From Eledone cirrhosa (Eukaryota): 64,000 bases of DNA. Shown one piece after another: positions 12,561 through 26,562 of the stretch (position 1 is its first letter; every line of letters begins with the position of its first letter). The notes under the pieces are model-generated. The model was not told where the DNA came from and ran no database searches. It worked only from the letters and a program-made list of their open reading frames with translations. The position numbers were made by a program, and so were the translations under genes. The stretch covers positions 138,756,001 through 138,820,000 of the forward strand of contig OZ024741.1 of assembly GCA_964016885.1 (NCBI GenBank), given 5' to 3'.

Positions 12561-12657
12561 TCGTTATATATATATATATATATATATTTTGACTAAAGAA
12601 ATTTTAGCCTGATAGTGGGGTTTAGAACCCTCAGAGAAATGGAAATCGATGAGTATT

Positions 12658-12726
12658 GACGTACATGGGAGTCGAACCCACATATTTGGTTATCCAGACC
12701 ACTGTGCTACCATTACACCATACACC
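12658..12726 (-). other. tRNA-like (Pol III A/B box) module within a repeat also found at 34235-34580
   Basis: Minus strand TGGTGTAATGGTAGCAC..TGGT CTGGATA ACCA..GTGGG TTCGACT CCCAT; cloverleaf-like but imperfect. Confidence 0.6.
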
Positions 12727-12788
12727 AACACATCATCCATCTCCTTCCATTCAAATTAGAAGCTACATTCTTAGCAAGTATGATGATA

Positions 12789-12836
<48 letters not shown>

Positions 12837-12846
12837 TGTATGTATG

Positions 12847-13352
12847 TTTTCTGGTTTTATAATTTCACAAAGTTTTACCAATAGAGAGAGAGTCGGTTTC
12901 TAACATAGACACAAGACTCTCTCATTGGAATTTACACATCAACTAGGTAGATATGTATGTATGTCTGCATGCATGCATGTGTAGATATGGATGTTATTGT
13001 ATGTGTGGATGTGGATGTTTTGAGTTATATGGGTGCATGTGTATATGCTTTGTATCTGTACATGTGTATATGCAGTTATTAGATGCAACATTCTTCGAAT
13101 GTTTTACATATTTTTACTGTTCCATTAATGGATTGTACTTGTAATTTCCTAACTAGTTGTGTTCTTTCTGTTCCTGTGAAGCCTAGCTTCTCAAGATTTG
13201 TATTGAGGCAGTTACTAACATATCCCAGTGCCCCAATAATCACAGGCATAAATCTGAAGGTGTAATCAGGGTGGAGTATCTGCAGATTTCTCATCAGTTC
13301 TGCATAAATATTCTCCTTTTCACTAATCTTTGATATTATATTGGCATCTGCT
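12847..13352 (-). mobile_element. 5'-truncated non-LTR retrotransposon with restriction-like endonuclease C-terminus (R4/Dong/NeSL-like)
   Basis: [43 protein letters not shown]... resembles the K..KY..L...P(I/V)IIGALG end of RLE-type LINEs; (TATG)n on both sides. Confidence 0.7.
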
Positions 13353-13426
13353 GTATGTATGTATGTATGTATGTATGTATGTATGTATGTATGTATGTAT
13401 GTATGTATGTATGTATGTATGTATGT

Positions 13427-13521
<95 letters not shown>

Positions 13522-14180
13522 AACGAGTAGGACCCCGACCTGTCACTGTAAGATATACTCGGTTGATTACTGCTAACTCATAAAATTGTCTCACTACAAT
13601 TTCGTCCCACCTAGTAAACTTTTCTATAGTTTAGCGGTACCAGTGAGAGACATGATGGTTGGGGTTAGGGAATAGTAACCAGAAATTGTTTTTTTATATT
13701 TTTAACATTCTTGGTATTCTTCTATATATTTACTCCATATTGATTTACTTATTGTTTCGACTTCCTCCCCCTCCCTAGTATACCTGCTTGACCCCCTGCC
13801 CTTAGAATCCTGCTGTAGATGGCACTATCAACGCACGACTGGGTTTTCTCCACTCCCTCACCCTCTTTCTTCTACTGGCAGGTTCAGCTACCCCTTCCTT
13901 CCACAAATTGCCATGATAGAATTATGTGTCTCAACAACAAACTTTTGACCAATCCTTGTGACAATGACTTTTACCATATATGGAATTATCTCCTGAGAAG
14001 CTCGGCTATTCATATACCAGGATAAAAATGTTAATTAGATAAAAATGTTCATTTAGTCCAGAATTAGCCGCCGAAATGGCTTGAGCTCACCTACTCGTTC
14101 CTATTACCCACTCTGCTACCCTAAGTATTGAGTACTTCGGTGCGTTATGGTCCACCTAGTTCCTTACCACATTTCCTTGG

Positions 14181-14245
<65 letters not shown>

Positions 14246-14259
14246 AAATCAGGAAATAA

Positions 14260-14893
14260 GAGCGACACGGTTTGCTATACAAAAAAGGTTTTTAATCTCA
14301 TTGCTGACAATTGTTTCTCTGAACTGGTATATCTTGAGATCGCTACCCGCTTGTTTTCACGTCAATCGATCACCAATACGTAGTTGTAACCAGTCAATTA
14401 ATGGGAGCTTGTGAGAATGAAAGGAATATACAGGCATGGCTACTATATATAGTAGTAATGACATTCAATCAGAACAATAACAACAATACTAATAATGCTA
14501 ACAATAAATTATTTGAAATAATCACAACATCTATCTAGGTGAGAAATATAGTATATCTACGGTTTTAGCGTGTAAAACTAGCTGACAGGAGGCAGATGTA
14601 TAAAATTGACATGTAAGAGCTGTCATGGGGTGTATTATATATAGTGTAAAGATAAGCCGATGGCTTTAAACAATGTAGGTCTGGTGGGCGTAATAATCAT
14701 TTATTATCTGACAGATGAAACATTTATCACTGTAGTGAGGATAGTAATATTTGTGGTGTTAGGTTCAATATTTGTGTGGTCTATATTAGATGAAAGGGTT
14801 GTGTAGCTTTCTCATCATCAATAACATACATGTATAAGACAACATTAACAGAGTAGCAATATATTAGGCAAGTTAATACAGAGGTTAAGGAGG

Positions 14894-14937
<44 letters not shown>

Positions 14938-15470
14938 AGAAAACATGCTGACTACAATTATAACAGGAGGAAGGTAATGTTCTGCTGTAGTAGTATTTTG
15001 AAATGTTCTTGGATTTAGGTTCATTTGTTGAGAGTCAAGGGTAAGGAAGTTGTGTTGATAGCAGCTGAGAAGAGATATATTTATGGGTTGATAAGGTACT
15101 TATAGACATTAGTGTGGTATAGAACCAAGAAGGCTAGAATGTACTTAATGATTATATTTCTGTGGTCGGTCGTGCAGTATAGTGGATATCCTAAGTTGAA
15201 AGCTCAGTTATGTCGGTTCGATTCATGGAGGCTTAAATCTTGTGAATGTAGTGGCGATTCTGTGTCTGCAGAAGATTGATCTTTCTAACTTGTTGTTGAG
15301 TAGCCTTTTTACATTTCTAATGATATCCTAAACCGACGGTAGTCGGTTTAGTAATATTGTTGTCTTAGTGATTTCGTTGGCATATAGTAATTCTAGATCA
15401 CAGAGCCTACAGTGGGACATACCGGTACTGTATGCCTTTGCGGCCGACAACCTCGACCAGTTGATACTGT
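14260..15470 (-). mobile_element. Naiad-type PLE 3' fragment
   Basis: Minus strand 15250-15445 gives KAYSTGMSHCRLCDLE and LLNNKLERSIFCRHR; GAAACAATTGTC HHR half at about 14306-14317. Confidence 0.6.
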
Positions 15471-15816
15471 AGCTGGTGTTATTGTCCTTAAGTTCCGAGT
15501 AAAAAAATATGGTGAAAGCTTCTATTTTCTAATTTCAAACTTGCTCACTATTTCAAAACATACTTACTTATATATATATAGAGAGAGAGAGGGAGAATGC
15601 GAGAGAGAGAGGAGGGTTAAACCGAGATGTTGATTCGTCCAAGGTAAAACAAATGGTGAATTAACTGTTATGGATCCGTTTCTACCAAACTCGTCCCATG
15701 AACTGAGTGCTCTACTAGTGCAGATATAACGCACCAATGGAGATCCCCCACCTCTTGTTTTTGTCTCCTTACCTTCTAACACCGTTATCAGAAACCACAC
15801 ATCTCTCCTCTCATCC

Positions 15817-15897
<81 letters not shown>

Positions 15898-18110
15898 TAG
15901 ATATATATACACACACACAAGAACACATATGTATACATACATACGCACACACACCCATACCCACCCTATATATATATATGTATAACACGTTTTATAAACA
16001 ACTATTCTTCGACTGATTATTGATTATATACCATTATTCTTCCAATAGGGTTAATGTAAGAAACCTCATGTTCAAATAATGCACCACTTGTGAGAAGATA
16101 CATTTAGAAAAAAACTATAGATTATTTGTAAAGGAAATTAGTGTATGTTTAAGCGTCTACAACTGTTATTAACGGTGAAAATATGTCGCATTCTTTTTGA
16201 CCGTATCTTGAAGAAAACGTATTTGCGCGAATATGTATACTATCAAAAGAAACATATTTACAAATCAGATTTAATTCATATATAATGAAATTTTCTTCCA
16301 TTTCGATGACTAAATATTTACTAGGAAAAATAAAATAGACAACATTATTTAACGATTTGTAATCTCATTCTTTAAAAATTCCTAATAACTAATTTAGAAT
16401 TTGTTGTTATAATACAAAAAGAACACAATCTTGTACATGGAACTTGTTTCCAGACATAATATATATTTAATACATTTTTTAAGGTTACGCCTTCTTAACA
16501 AGAAACAGAGAAAGACAGAACCGATGCTGATAGGGAAAATATATATCGTTTCGGACAAAAGCCTTTCAAGGTGATGATTAACAGTTAGTTACATGATTAC
16601 AACGTCTGTTATTGAATTAGCTAGTTAGTTCTATATTTACTGAATTAGATAGGTATCTAATCCATTCAGTCAGTTAGTTGATTTGTTAGATAAATAGAGA
16701 GTTAGTTATTTAAATAAGTAAGTACATAATGTCCATTTCGTTAGTTTGTTAGATAGCTAATCGGTTAGTAAATTATTGTGTTAGTTAACTGCTCTGCTCA
16801 TTGTAGAGCATTAAGCAACGAGAGATGCCAGCCAGGTCCGTTTCTACAAGCAACAAACAACGCGTTTCTGGCTTTCACACATGATGTGATAAAGCAATGG
16901 TTATGGTAGATGTGAATAGATTTATATAATGTTAGATTATTCCACACATAAGTCGCCGGCACTAACATTAGGACTTTTGAAAGTTAATACATGTTTATAT
17001 ATCTGTTCAATGATGCTGGTTGAAAATAAAATACACTTTTACGATATCTTTTTCTTAAAGTTCAAGTGAACCTTCGTGACATTTCCATTGTTATTGTTAC
17101 CTCGGACTGCATTTTCTAATGTATCTACTTTTCATGTTTAAGATAATAGGGGGATGTGACTGTTATTTCTAGGAAATCAAGTGGTTCTTTCCTTAGTATT
17201 TTGTAAGTAGCTTTGTGGAAAGGGTAAGTTGCAATTTGATGAAACCTGGATAGTTTCTTGTAGCTACTATAGCTATTTTCTCGTCTCCCACGTTGGCTGG
17301 TATAACAACCTATATTTCTTCTATAATCCAACAAAGCGTTACATATAAGGATATAGAGATATTAGACTGCTGTATCATATATTTCTGTAGTTTTTACGCA
17401 ATGACATGTTAATAGTAAATATGAAGTTATCATTGACATTTGTCGCATAGAATGTTTAATAAAGGAAGTCATATTGATATGGTTCTAGTCCACCTTTGCG
17501 CTTGTGCAATATATTATGTGAGACAACTATTACATTGTTATCCTTTCCATCATTATTTTAATTATTTCCTATCGATAAATATATTATCGATACATTTATT
17601 GTTTTCTGATTGCATAGTAAAGTCAATCCTATTCAATAGACATGTGATGTGTGATTTAGTGTATGTTTCATTAAGTCAGAATAAAACAAATTGTATACGT
17701 GTATACGTTAATGAAATGAAAACCTTTCATACGTAGCATACGAGTGGAAAAGTATTCTGTGTAAAATTAACTTCTGTGAGTTATCATCTGAGATATAAAT
17801 AGTATTCACTTGTTTAAGGTTCATAATACTGAATCATAGAGGTTTCTTTCATCAATAGCTTTTTGTTGATTAATGTTTTCGCAGACAATGCGTCGATGGA
17901 AAGAAAAGAATTGCTACGAAAGAAGTTAAACTAAACTATAGTGACCAAATATCCATACATTCACATACACACACATATATTCCCCCCCCCCCACACACAC
18001 ACACATATATATACATATGGATGTGGGTATGTGCGTGATTGAGTGTATGTATATATACATATATATATAATATGTTATATATATATAATATGTTATATAT
18101 ATATAATATG

Positions 18111-18159
<49 letters not shown>

Positions 18160-18160
18160 G

Positions 18161-18240
<80 letters not shown>

Positions 18241-20138
18241 GTATACACATATATCGATTGACTAGTCTGTATTTTGCATTAAATTCAGACTGGTTTTCCT
18301 TTGAAATGGAAATTGCCAATTTTCACATAATACAGGGCACAGGTCCAGCCAGCTCGCTGTTGTAGTATGGCCTTAAGAACTTTCACCTCTCTTTTGTAAT
18401 AGTCACATTGTTTGCTCACAATGGCGTAGACGAATCCTTTTTTATTAACTACTGCAAATACTGTTGTGTAATTCATACGAACACTGATTTTGTCGTTTTA
18501 ATTCTTCCTTTGGTGCTATACAATGCAAAGCACCCCAGGAAATTTTCGAAGTTAGAGAAATGCACATATTACACAGTAGGAAAAGAGCATCTTCTTTATA
18601 TAGGCTATTGTATTTTGCAAGCGCAGCAATACCAAAAATAGCCATTGGCAGAGGAATTGTATTATATGAGAATGCTGGTAATATGTTGATTATTTTAGTG
18701 ATTGTAGCCAATTATATACATTTATAATATTACTTTTTGTCTATCTCAGACGAATACAAAAAAATAGAAGTGTGAACAAAGTGAGGAGAAAGGGCGAAAT
18801 AGTCATCGATAAGGTTGGATAAAATCAGGTTGAAAATAATTCCAATGCTTGATTACCGAACTGATGGTTTACCTGATGGATAATAAACCTGACGTGAAGG
18901 CACAACCACTGTATGTGTTCTGATTGTCAGCATAACACACCCGAAATATAACAATATACAGTGAATAAACCAATGATTATATGTCAAGTATATTGCCAAA
19001 CAAATGAGAGGCATGTATTACAAGATTTAAAGACCCACACTTTACTCACACATCCTAAAAGTCCTCACATAGACTCCGATGACATTGTGTGAATAATACA
19101 CTTCACACCTAAGTGTAGATTAGGCTGTCGCGGAGAGTATGTATGCGTGTTTATTTGAAAGAGTGTAGATTAAATGAGATAGAATTATCAAAGAAATCTA
19201 GGCCCTTGAATTAAAGTTCTTTTTTTTCAAGTTTAGTGGACTAAAACAACTGGATACAAAGTTTCTTGTTCAGGGACACCAAAAGTCCCCAAACGGTCTA
19301 TCCCAGATGCGACCTATTTTCATTGTAAATTATTTAGTAAAATAGAAAGTCTCGTCTCGTTATAATATCATTTATATCGGAAAACTCAATGGTGTAGGAA
19401 CAAGCGATAAGTAGTCCAAAATATGTATTTAAATTAACATACGTAAGAAATGTTAGGTGATTCATTCTTAGTTAATTAAAAGTGCTGATGTCAACGAGTT
19501 TCTTTTGTTCCTTGAAACGTTTCTGTGTGAAGGCATATATAAGAAATAAATAGACGGTGAATATTACCAATACAAGATAGATAGAGTGAGCGAACTAAAT
19601 ATATATATGAGGGACGACTAAGAATGCAGCCTATGCTTGAACAATATATTTGTTGCTGATTAAGAATCACAACATGATTTTAGCAGAGACAGCAACGCAA
19701 TCTATTATACACTCTAGTGATTGCATTGTTGGGTAATATGCATTATTTCAACTGAGGAAGGACCGCAAGGCATTTAGCACGGCATTCTATAGATTCTGTA
19801 ATTCCTTCTTGAATGTTATAGTAATTATCATTTTCGTAATCAACTCTCATTTTAGTTTGTCACAGATAAGAATTCTTCCTTAGAATTTCACCGAAATGTT
19901 TGTATATATAAACACTATGATTAGAACGAATAATCTGCTCAATTTCCAACATATATCTGCCTTCTACGTGAGAAACACCCGAAGCAAAATATACGTCAGA
20001 GGTTTTAACAATATTATTGTTCTATCTTCTATGTCATTTCGTTTCCAAATATGGGTTGAGATATTCCGATGTGATTTCAAATATGACAGAGCAGTATTTA
20101 AGAATATAAATATTGTGCAGACATAGAAAATTATATAA

Positions 20139-20185
<47 letters not shown>

Positions 20186-20274
20186 TATATATACACATAT
20201 ACATATATACACATATACATATTTCATATACATATATATATACATATATACATATGTATATATATATATATGAC

Positions 20275-21090
20275 AACTAGAAATTGATTAACATATAAAT
20301 AAACATATGAAACATTCACAGGGGATAATTTTCACAAGTGTGCAAGCACACATAGCTAGGTAGGTAACTAAATAAAGTTAACTAGAACTTCAAAAATAGG
20401 TACCTTATAATATGATTAAACTTCCCTGTAATATATTCCATTAAAGAAATTAATCGATTAATCAGATTAATCATTTTATAAGGTATCTATTTTTGAAGTT
20501 CTAGTTAACTTTATTTAGTTACCTACCTAGCTATGTGTGCTTGCACACTTGTAAAAATTATCCCTCTGATTGTTTCATCTGTTTATTTATATGTTAATCA
20601 ATTTCTAGTTGTTATAAAATACTCGGACCTATTCATTAGAATCTTGGAGCTTATTCTACGGGTGATATGGCGCATGCCTTTCTGGCATGACACCCATAAT
20701 TTGATTTAGATTAAATTCACTTTGATTTATCTTAATTTTGGATATAGATATATAAATAGCGCTCCTTAATTGTAGAGCTAACTCTGTTGAAAGGACTTGA
20801 CTGCTGTTTCTAGTTGTCGATAACCCTATTCACGCCACTGGGACGAAGCTGGTATGATGTGTGTATTTTTAGTAGATACAGCACGTGTTACTGGCCAGTC
20901 GCTGATTTGAACTTAATGCGTAAACACAGATGGCTGGACTTCTTCCATGTTGTAAATCTAAGTAACGGCCTCTGTGGTTTACCATTCAATTAATTGGTGA
21001 AATATATTTCTTTAATGGAATATATACAGGGAAGATTAATCATATTATAAGGTATCTATTTTTGAAGTTCTAGTTAACTTTATTTAGATA
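20275..21090. mobile_element. Inverted-plus-tandem repeat element, about 560-bp unit (PLE-pLTR architecture)
   Basis: 20275-20450 is inverted relative to 20465-20612 and 21005-21090; 20465-20520 recurs at 21034-21090; the same family is at 53345-54008 and 54300-54352. Confidence 0.8.
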
Positions 21091-21249
21091 GTTAACTTTA
21101 TTTAGAAAGAAAAAGAAGTAAGAACGAAATAGACGGGTCACAGCGGGGGAAAAAATATGTGTAAATATGAGATAAACGTGCTGCGTAGTTTCAAATGGGT
21201 CACATTAAATAAAGTGGTCCTTCATCAGTGATCTTCCAACCATCACAGG

Positions 21250-21298
<49 letters not shown>

Positions 21299-21459
21299 GT
21301 ATATATATATAAATGTACATATATATATATTTATATAAATATATATATGCCTATTTATATATATACGTATATATATATATATGTATATACATACTTACAT
21401 ATGAACAGATATAAAAAGGGACTGAAAAATAAAAAAAAATATTGAAAATGAATTATGGG

Positions 21460-22782
21460 AGAAACAGACCCCCAGGTGGACAAGAACTGGAACGAGGTCA
21501 CGGCGATGTTGACGAACACTTACATAGCGTCCGTCATCTACTACCGCTTGACAGTCGTGCCTTGTCCCCGCGAATACCTTACCAAAATGGAACGCCTACT
21601 CTTCAAGTTCCTCTTGAAGAAACAGGCTCCATTGGCGAGGAGAGCCATCTGCTGGCAACACCCTTCTAACGGGGGGCTGGGCATGCCGTGGCTGATGATG
21701 TGCAAACACGCGCTGAGGCTACGCCATCTCCAGGTATTCCTGACCGGTGAACCGGTGTGGTTGTCGTTTGTGAGACCAGCTCTTCCACAACTCGTCTCAC
21801 TAACAGAGCTGCGGTCCTGGGTCAAGCGAAGACCGAAAATGGGTGCCTGGCACCTCGAGTGCCTACAGGCGCTCACAGCTCTCTAACAAGTGGAAACGGC
21901 AATTAGCGGAGACTCGACTTCGACATTCTATAGGAGATTAGTGGAGGATAAGTGTGACGACGTTCTCAGGGAAAATCTAGGCATCGAGGAGAACGAACTG
22001 ACCAGTCTGTTCGGAAGGACTTTCCGTCCAGGGCCTATGGATAACTTCCAGAGGTCTCTGGTCTGGCAGTGCTACCGAGGAGCTCTACCAGTTCGAGACA
22101 AAATCTATAGGCACGGACGCCCTGGCAGAGATCCTGCCAAAAGGACCTGTCCAAGATGTGAGCAGGACATCGAAACCGTTCTGCACGCAATTGTTCAGTG
22201 CCCAAGGGTGACTGACCTGTGGAACTATATCGAACAGCTGCTGTCACGTGTGGGACGCATCCAGTTGTCAGCCGAGTCCATCGTGAGGATCACCCTGCCG
22301 CCTTCATTTAACAAAGAAGGAGAGGCGGTTTTCCTCTGTCAGGTGGCTATGGCGAAAGAGTTAATATGGTGGACGAGGTTAAAAGGACTGAGGGCAAACA
22401 CCTTTCTCTCCGGACAACTTTTTGTATCACTTCAGAAGGAAGGTGAGAGTGGAGAGAGAGGTGCTACACTCCAGTAAATTCGCTGAAATATGGGTGAATG
22501 AGGCGAAAACGGCCCGAGTGAATGGGCCTTCTCTGTATATAAACCTGTTGGTTGAGGAAGCTAAACAGAGGGAAGACAGGAACACCTACAAAACGTGTTC
22601 CTGGTGTTGAGGGTTGTTGTATCCACTGGGTGTAAAACAACCCTGCAGTAACGTTCCCCCATTTGGGGATGTCAATTGTTATTTTATTACATATAGTTTA
22701 TTGTTATTTTTTATGTAAAACCCCCGCCGTCACGTCTTGTAATGTCCCATTTCTGTACGCCACTGTGGCAAATAAAGAAAGA
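21460..22782 (+). mobile_element. 5'-truncated Tx1/L1-like LINE (RT thumb + CCHC zinc knuckle + 3' UTR)
   Basis: LFKFL...RRAICWQHPSNGGLGMP; WQCYRGALPVRDKIYRHG...CPRCEQDIETVLHAIVQC; AATAAA near 22770; GC-rich island; one stop at about 21886 and a later frameshift. Confidence 0.85.
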
Positions 22783-22799
22783 TATCTATCTATAAATAT

Positions 22800-23047
22800 A
22801 TAGTAATAATAATAAATTTGAAGACTAAAATCCAAAGAGTGCTCGATAAGGATTAAATATATATCAAATATATAAGAACCGTAGAGCAAATATTTATTAA
22901 AATAACAGATTAAAGTTTAAGCAAAGAATCGCTGATTTCACCCTTAACGGGGTCTTCTGAAACTAACAATGTTTGTTAGTTTCAGAAGATCCCATTAAGG
23001 GTGAAATCAGCGGTTCTTTGCTTAAACTTTAATCTGTTATTTTAATA
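22800..23047. mobile_element. Fold-back of Naiad pLTR ends with two divergent HHR motifs
   Basis: Arms 22896-22968 and 22973-23047; HHR motifs at 22914-22964 (-) and 22978-23028 (+), both with a CAGAAGA core. Confidence 0.82.
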
Positions 23048-23258
23048 TATATATATATATATATAACAAATCAATTGAAGATATATATATATATATATAT
23101 ATTTATACACAAGTATAGACATACATATGAGGGATTCCAACCTATACCAATTTTGCTCAATGAAGGAATTAATAACAATCAATTAGGCAGAGCATAATAA
23201 CATGTTAGTTGCGAATAGTGAACAAGAAAAAAAACATCTTAGCTATTTATTTTGATGT

Positions 23259-23324
23259 TCCGACTGCAGTTTCACAGAGTAATCGTAGGTAATAGCGCCG
23301 TGGGAAATCTCAGCTCATCGGGGA
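23259..23324 (-). ncRNA. Hammerhead ribozyme motif (CCGATGA core, palindromic CTGCAG stem III, GUC)
   Basis: Minus strand TCC-CCGATGA-GC...GT-GAAA-CTGCAG-TC-GGA; overlaps the left arm of inverted repeat 23298-23367 / 23509-23576. Confidence 0.65.
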
Positions 23325-24074
23325 TTTTCTCAATCAAGAAAGGATTCTGCATAGTAATCCGCTGCCAGCCATAATTACGAATGGATGAATTATCACGTGA
23401 TTTACGGTCAAAAGAAGGGCAGCGTCCTGTGGACAACTGCAAGTAACTGGGTTGCTAGTAGAAGCAGTCCGATTCATCCAAGGGGAGTAATTAACAAATT
23501 AATAGAAGACAGCGGATAACTCGGCCTAATCTTTCTTGATTGAAAAGATCCCTGATTAGATGAGATTTCTCACAGGATCCACTGGATGAAGTGTTTTAGG
23601 AGTCTGCCCTCACGAACATTCCAGCTATAAGCGAAGAAGAACAAGAAAAATATACCTAATTTTTCTTCAAATTCCCGACTGGATATATGTATATAATATT
23701 TATAGAGGCTTTTCTTTTCCTAAAGAGTGTATACAGTTTGTTGAGGGACTTGGTATGAAATATATATATATATGAGATGAAGTATTGTTTCTAGCATGGT
23801 TAACATGTCCGAGGACACCTATGGGTGCTGGTATTACGTCTAAAAGTCAAGTATGGGCCTTGAGTATCATCTGATAAACGTTCGTAAATGTTAGATAAAA
23901 AAAGAAATTCAAGTGAAATTTCATGTTAAACATAATAAATACATACACACATACACGCGCGTGCATGTATACATAGATACTACACAAACAGACACACCCA
24001 CACAGAAACACATGCGCGCGCACACACACACACACATATATATTTTTATATATATATATATGAAGGGTTAAATA

Positions 24075-24270
24075 CCCACTTCGGTCACGAATAACCATGG
24101 GATTTGCACCTAGAAAGTTCCCCTCCATGGCACAAGTCCGGGTAAGGTTGTTTGTAGAAGACCAGGCAGTCATCCATGCATGTCAGCCTCCCCCCTCCAC
24201 GCCACCGATGTTGTCCGATGGAAAAGCAATGGCTGATAGAGCTTGACACCTGTGACGTCGCAACTCATTT
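24075..24270 (-). mobile_element. SINE 3' part (same family as 4812-5137)
   Basis: Shared GAAGACCAG..CAGCCTCCCC.TCCACGCCACCGATGTTGTCC..TGACGTCGCAACTCATTT. Confidence 0.75.
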
Positions 24271-24279
24271 TTTTTTATT

Positions 24280-24865
24280 TCTTGGGTTCCTGCGCACCGT
24301 TCGGCGCAACGTGCTGTAAGTACTCCCTAACAGACATGATCAGCGGCGGATTTTTCGTGTCCACGCCAAGTGATGTTGGCTGCCCTCAGGTCTTTTCGGA
24401 ACGTTCGTCGCAAGCCCGCCTCAGTTTGAGGCCAGGTGTAGTTCAGTTCGTCACGATATTAGAGTGTCGTTCGCCGAGCAGGCGCAGTATATGGCCAACT
24501 AAGTGGCACCGGTGCTCCATGACCAGCCTCAGTAGCGCCCATGAATCGGCGGTCCATGACCATAGTCTGTAGCGTCAGCGACTCGGCTCAGCGCAGGATT
24601 TCCTCGTTTGGCACTCGGTCGCGTCAAGACACACGAGAGATCTTTCGCAGGTACCGGTGGCGGAAAGCATTAAGCGGTCTATCTCTATCTTTGCCGTACT
24701 CTTCCAGGTTTCGCTCTTGTACAGGCCCAGCTTGCTCCTGGTGCTGATGCACGAATACGAACAGACTGGGTGCATCTGCTGGAAAACTGCGGCTCCTTTG
24801 CCGATCCGAGAGTTAATGAAGAGCTCCGCGTCGCCATTGCTTGCCAGAATGTTGCCTAAGAACTA
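24280..24865 (-). mobile_element. Decayed RTE-like LINE 3' fragment
   Basis: Minus strand [32 protein letters not shown]...LYKSETWKST; GC-rich island. Confidence 0.65.
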
Positions 24866-24868
24866 AGA

Positions 24869-24903
<35 letters not shown>

Positions 24904-24926
24904 CATATATACATATATATACAGCA

Positions 24927-25019
<93 letters not shown>

Positions 25020-25387
25020 GTATGTGTGTGTGTCTGTGTGTCTGTGGTTGTGTGTGTGCGTCATGTGCGTGTCTCTGTGTGTGTGTGTATGTAGACAAAC
25101 ACACAACTTCTCACACACATAAATATACATATATGGGCCTTTCACTTTCATTTTACATTATGTTCATATCTTAAGTAAACATGATTTTAAAAACATATTT
25201 TAAACTGAACGTTAGCCAACGGGTCACAGGTGGTCTAGTATAAAACTAAAACTCTGTGATTGTGTGTTTGCCTGTAATTTAATACTACCAAAACAGTGCA
25301 TGATGGGAAAATACTTTGAAACGAAGTTGCCCCTGAAATGGGAATATAAATGGAATAAAGCAACTTTCGCGTAAATCGGAACATGTG

Positions 25388-25513
25388 TTCGCGACATACG
25401 GGGTTTTTCTGGGTACCTTCATAAATACATAGGAAGATAGAGGAGAAAAATAGATAGTGGTTGTGAGAGAGTAGTTTAAAAGAGAGACAATGAGAGAGAG
25501 AAGGAGAGGTTGT

Positions 25514-25607
<94 letters not shown>

Positions 25608-25775
25608 CCACAACCCCAACGGCTCTCTCTAGCTCTTCCTTTCCCCTTATCTGTCTCCTTCTCTCTCTCATTGTCTCTCTTTTAAACTACTCTCTCACAA
25701 CCACTATCTATTTTTCTCCTCTGTCTTTCTATGTATTTATGAAGGTACCCAGAAAAACCCCGTATGTCGCGAACA
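25388..25775. repeat. Inverted repeat pair enclosing a (TA)n tract
   Basis: 25385-25508 is the reverse complement of 25653-25776; GGTTGTGGTA and TACCACAACC abut the TA tract. Confidence 0.85.
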
Positions 25776-25844
25776 TATATATATATATATGTGTGTGTGT
25801 GTACCAGTGTCTATAGCACACAGACACCCCGCCACACGCCCACC

Positions 25845-25921
<77 letters not shown>

Positions 25922-26506
25922 ACGGTAAGTTGTGGAGTCTAGTCTGCATGAAGAACTCAATGTAATCCATATGTTGAAAATGTTGTAGGTTAAAATAAAT
26001 CCCGGAAAACAATAAAACATTAAAAGGAAAACAGAGTCATGATATAAGTTAAAACAATGAAATAAAGAATCGAGTCATTAGAAATATACTTCACTGCTTT
26101 ACGATCGTTTCATGGGGATGATAATACATCGTAACTATACTTCGATATCGATCTATGTAAGGTTAGTTACAAAATATCAGATAAAGAGAATATTTACTTA
26201 CATGCATACCACCAGCTGTTGTCAAATGAAAATTTATTTCATTGTTTTAACTTCTATATATATATATAAATTAATAAAAACAATGAATAAAAACAAAGAA
26301 ACAGTTCCTTATATTAAAAATACATCATTTTACGATCGTTTCTAGGCTATATATGTGTGTGTTGGTATGTATATCATATAGATCTATGTAAACATTTTAC
26401 AAACTATCAGAGGAAATATACTTACCTACATATATATATGCTGTCTTCAGAAATAATTAAAATATACACAGACATGTAAAAAATGTAAAATAAAATTGGA
26501 AGGCCC

Positions 26507-26554
<48 letters not shown>

Positions 26555-26562
<8 letters not shown>

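Noticed and set aside
12658-12726. Functional tRNA gene
   Set aside because: Imperfect acceptor/D junction, GGA anticodon without a Ser-type variable arm, and it lies within a dispersed repeat with diverged copies
13988-14090. Hammerhead in the 14055/38425 pLTR family
   Set aside because: The core reads CTGAGAA or TTGAAAA and stem III is unclear; too degenerate to list as a feature, though plausible
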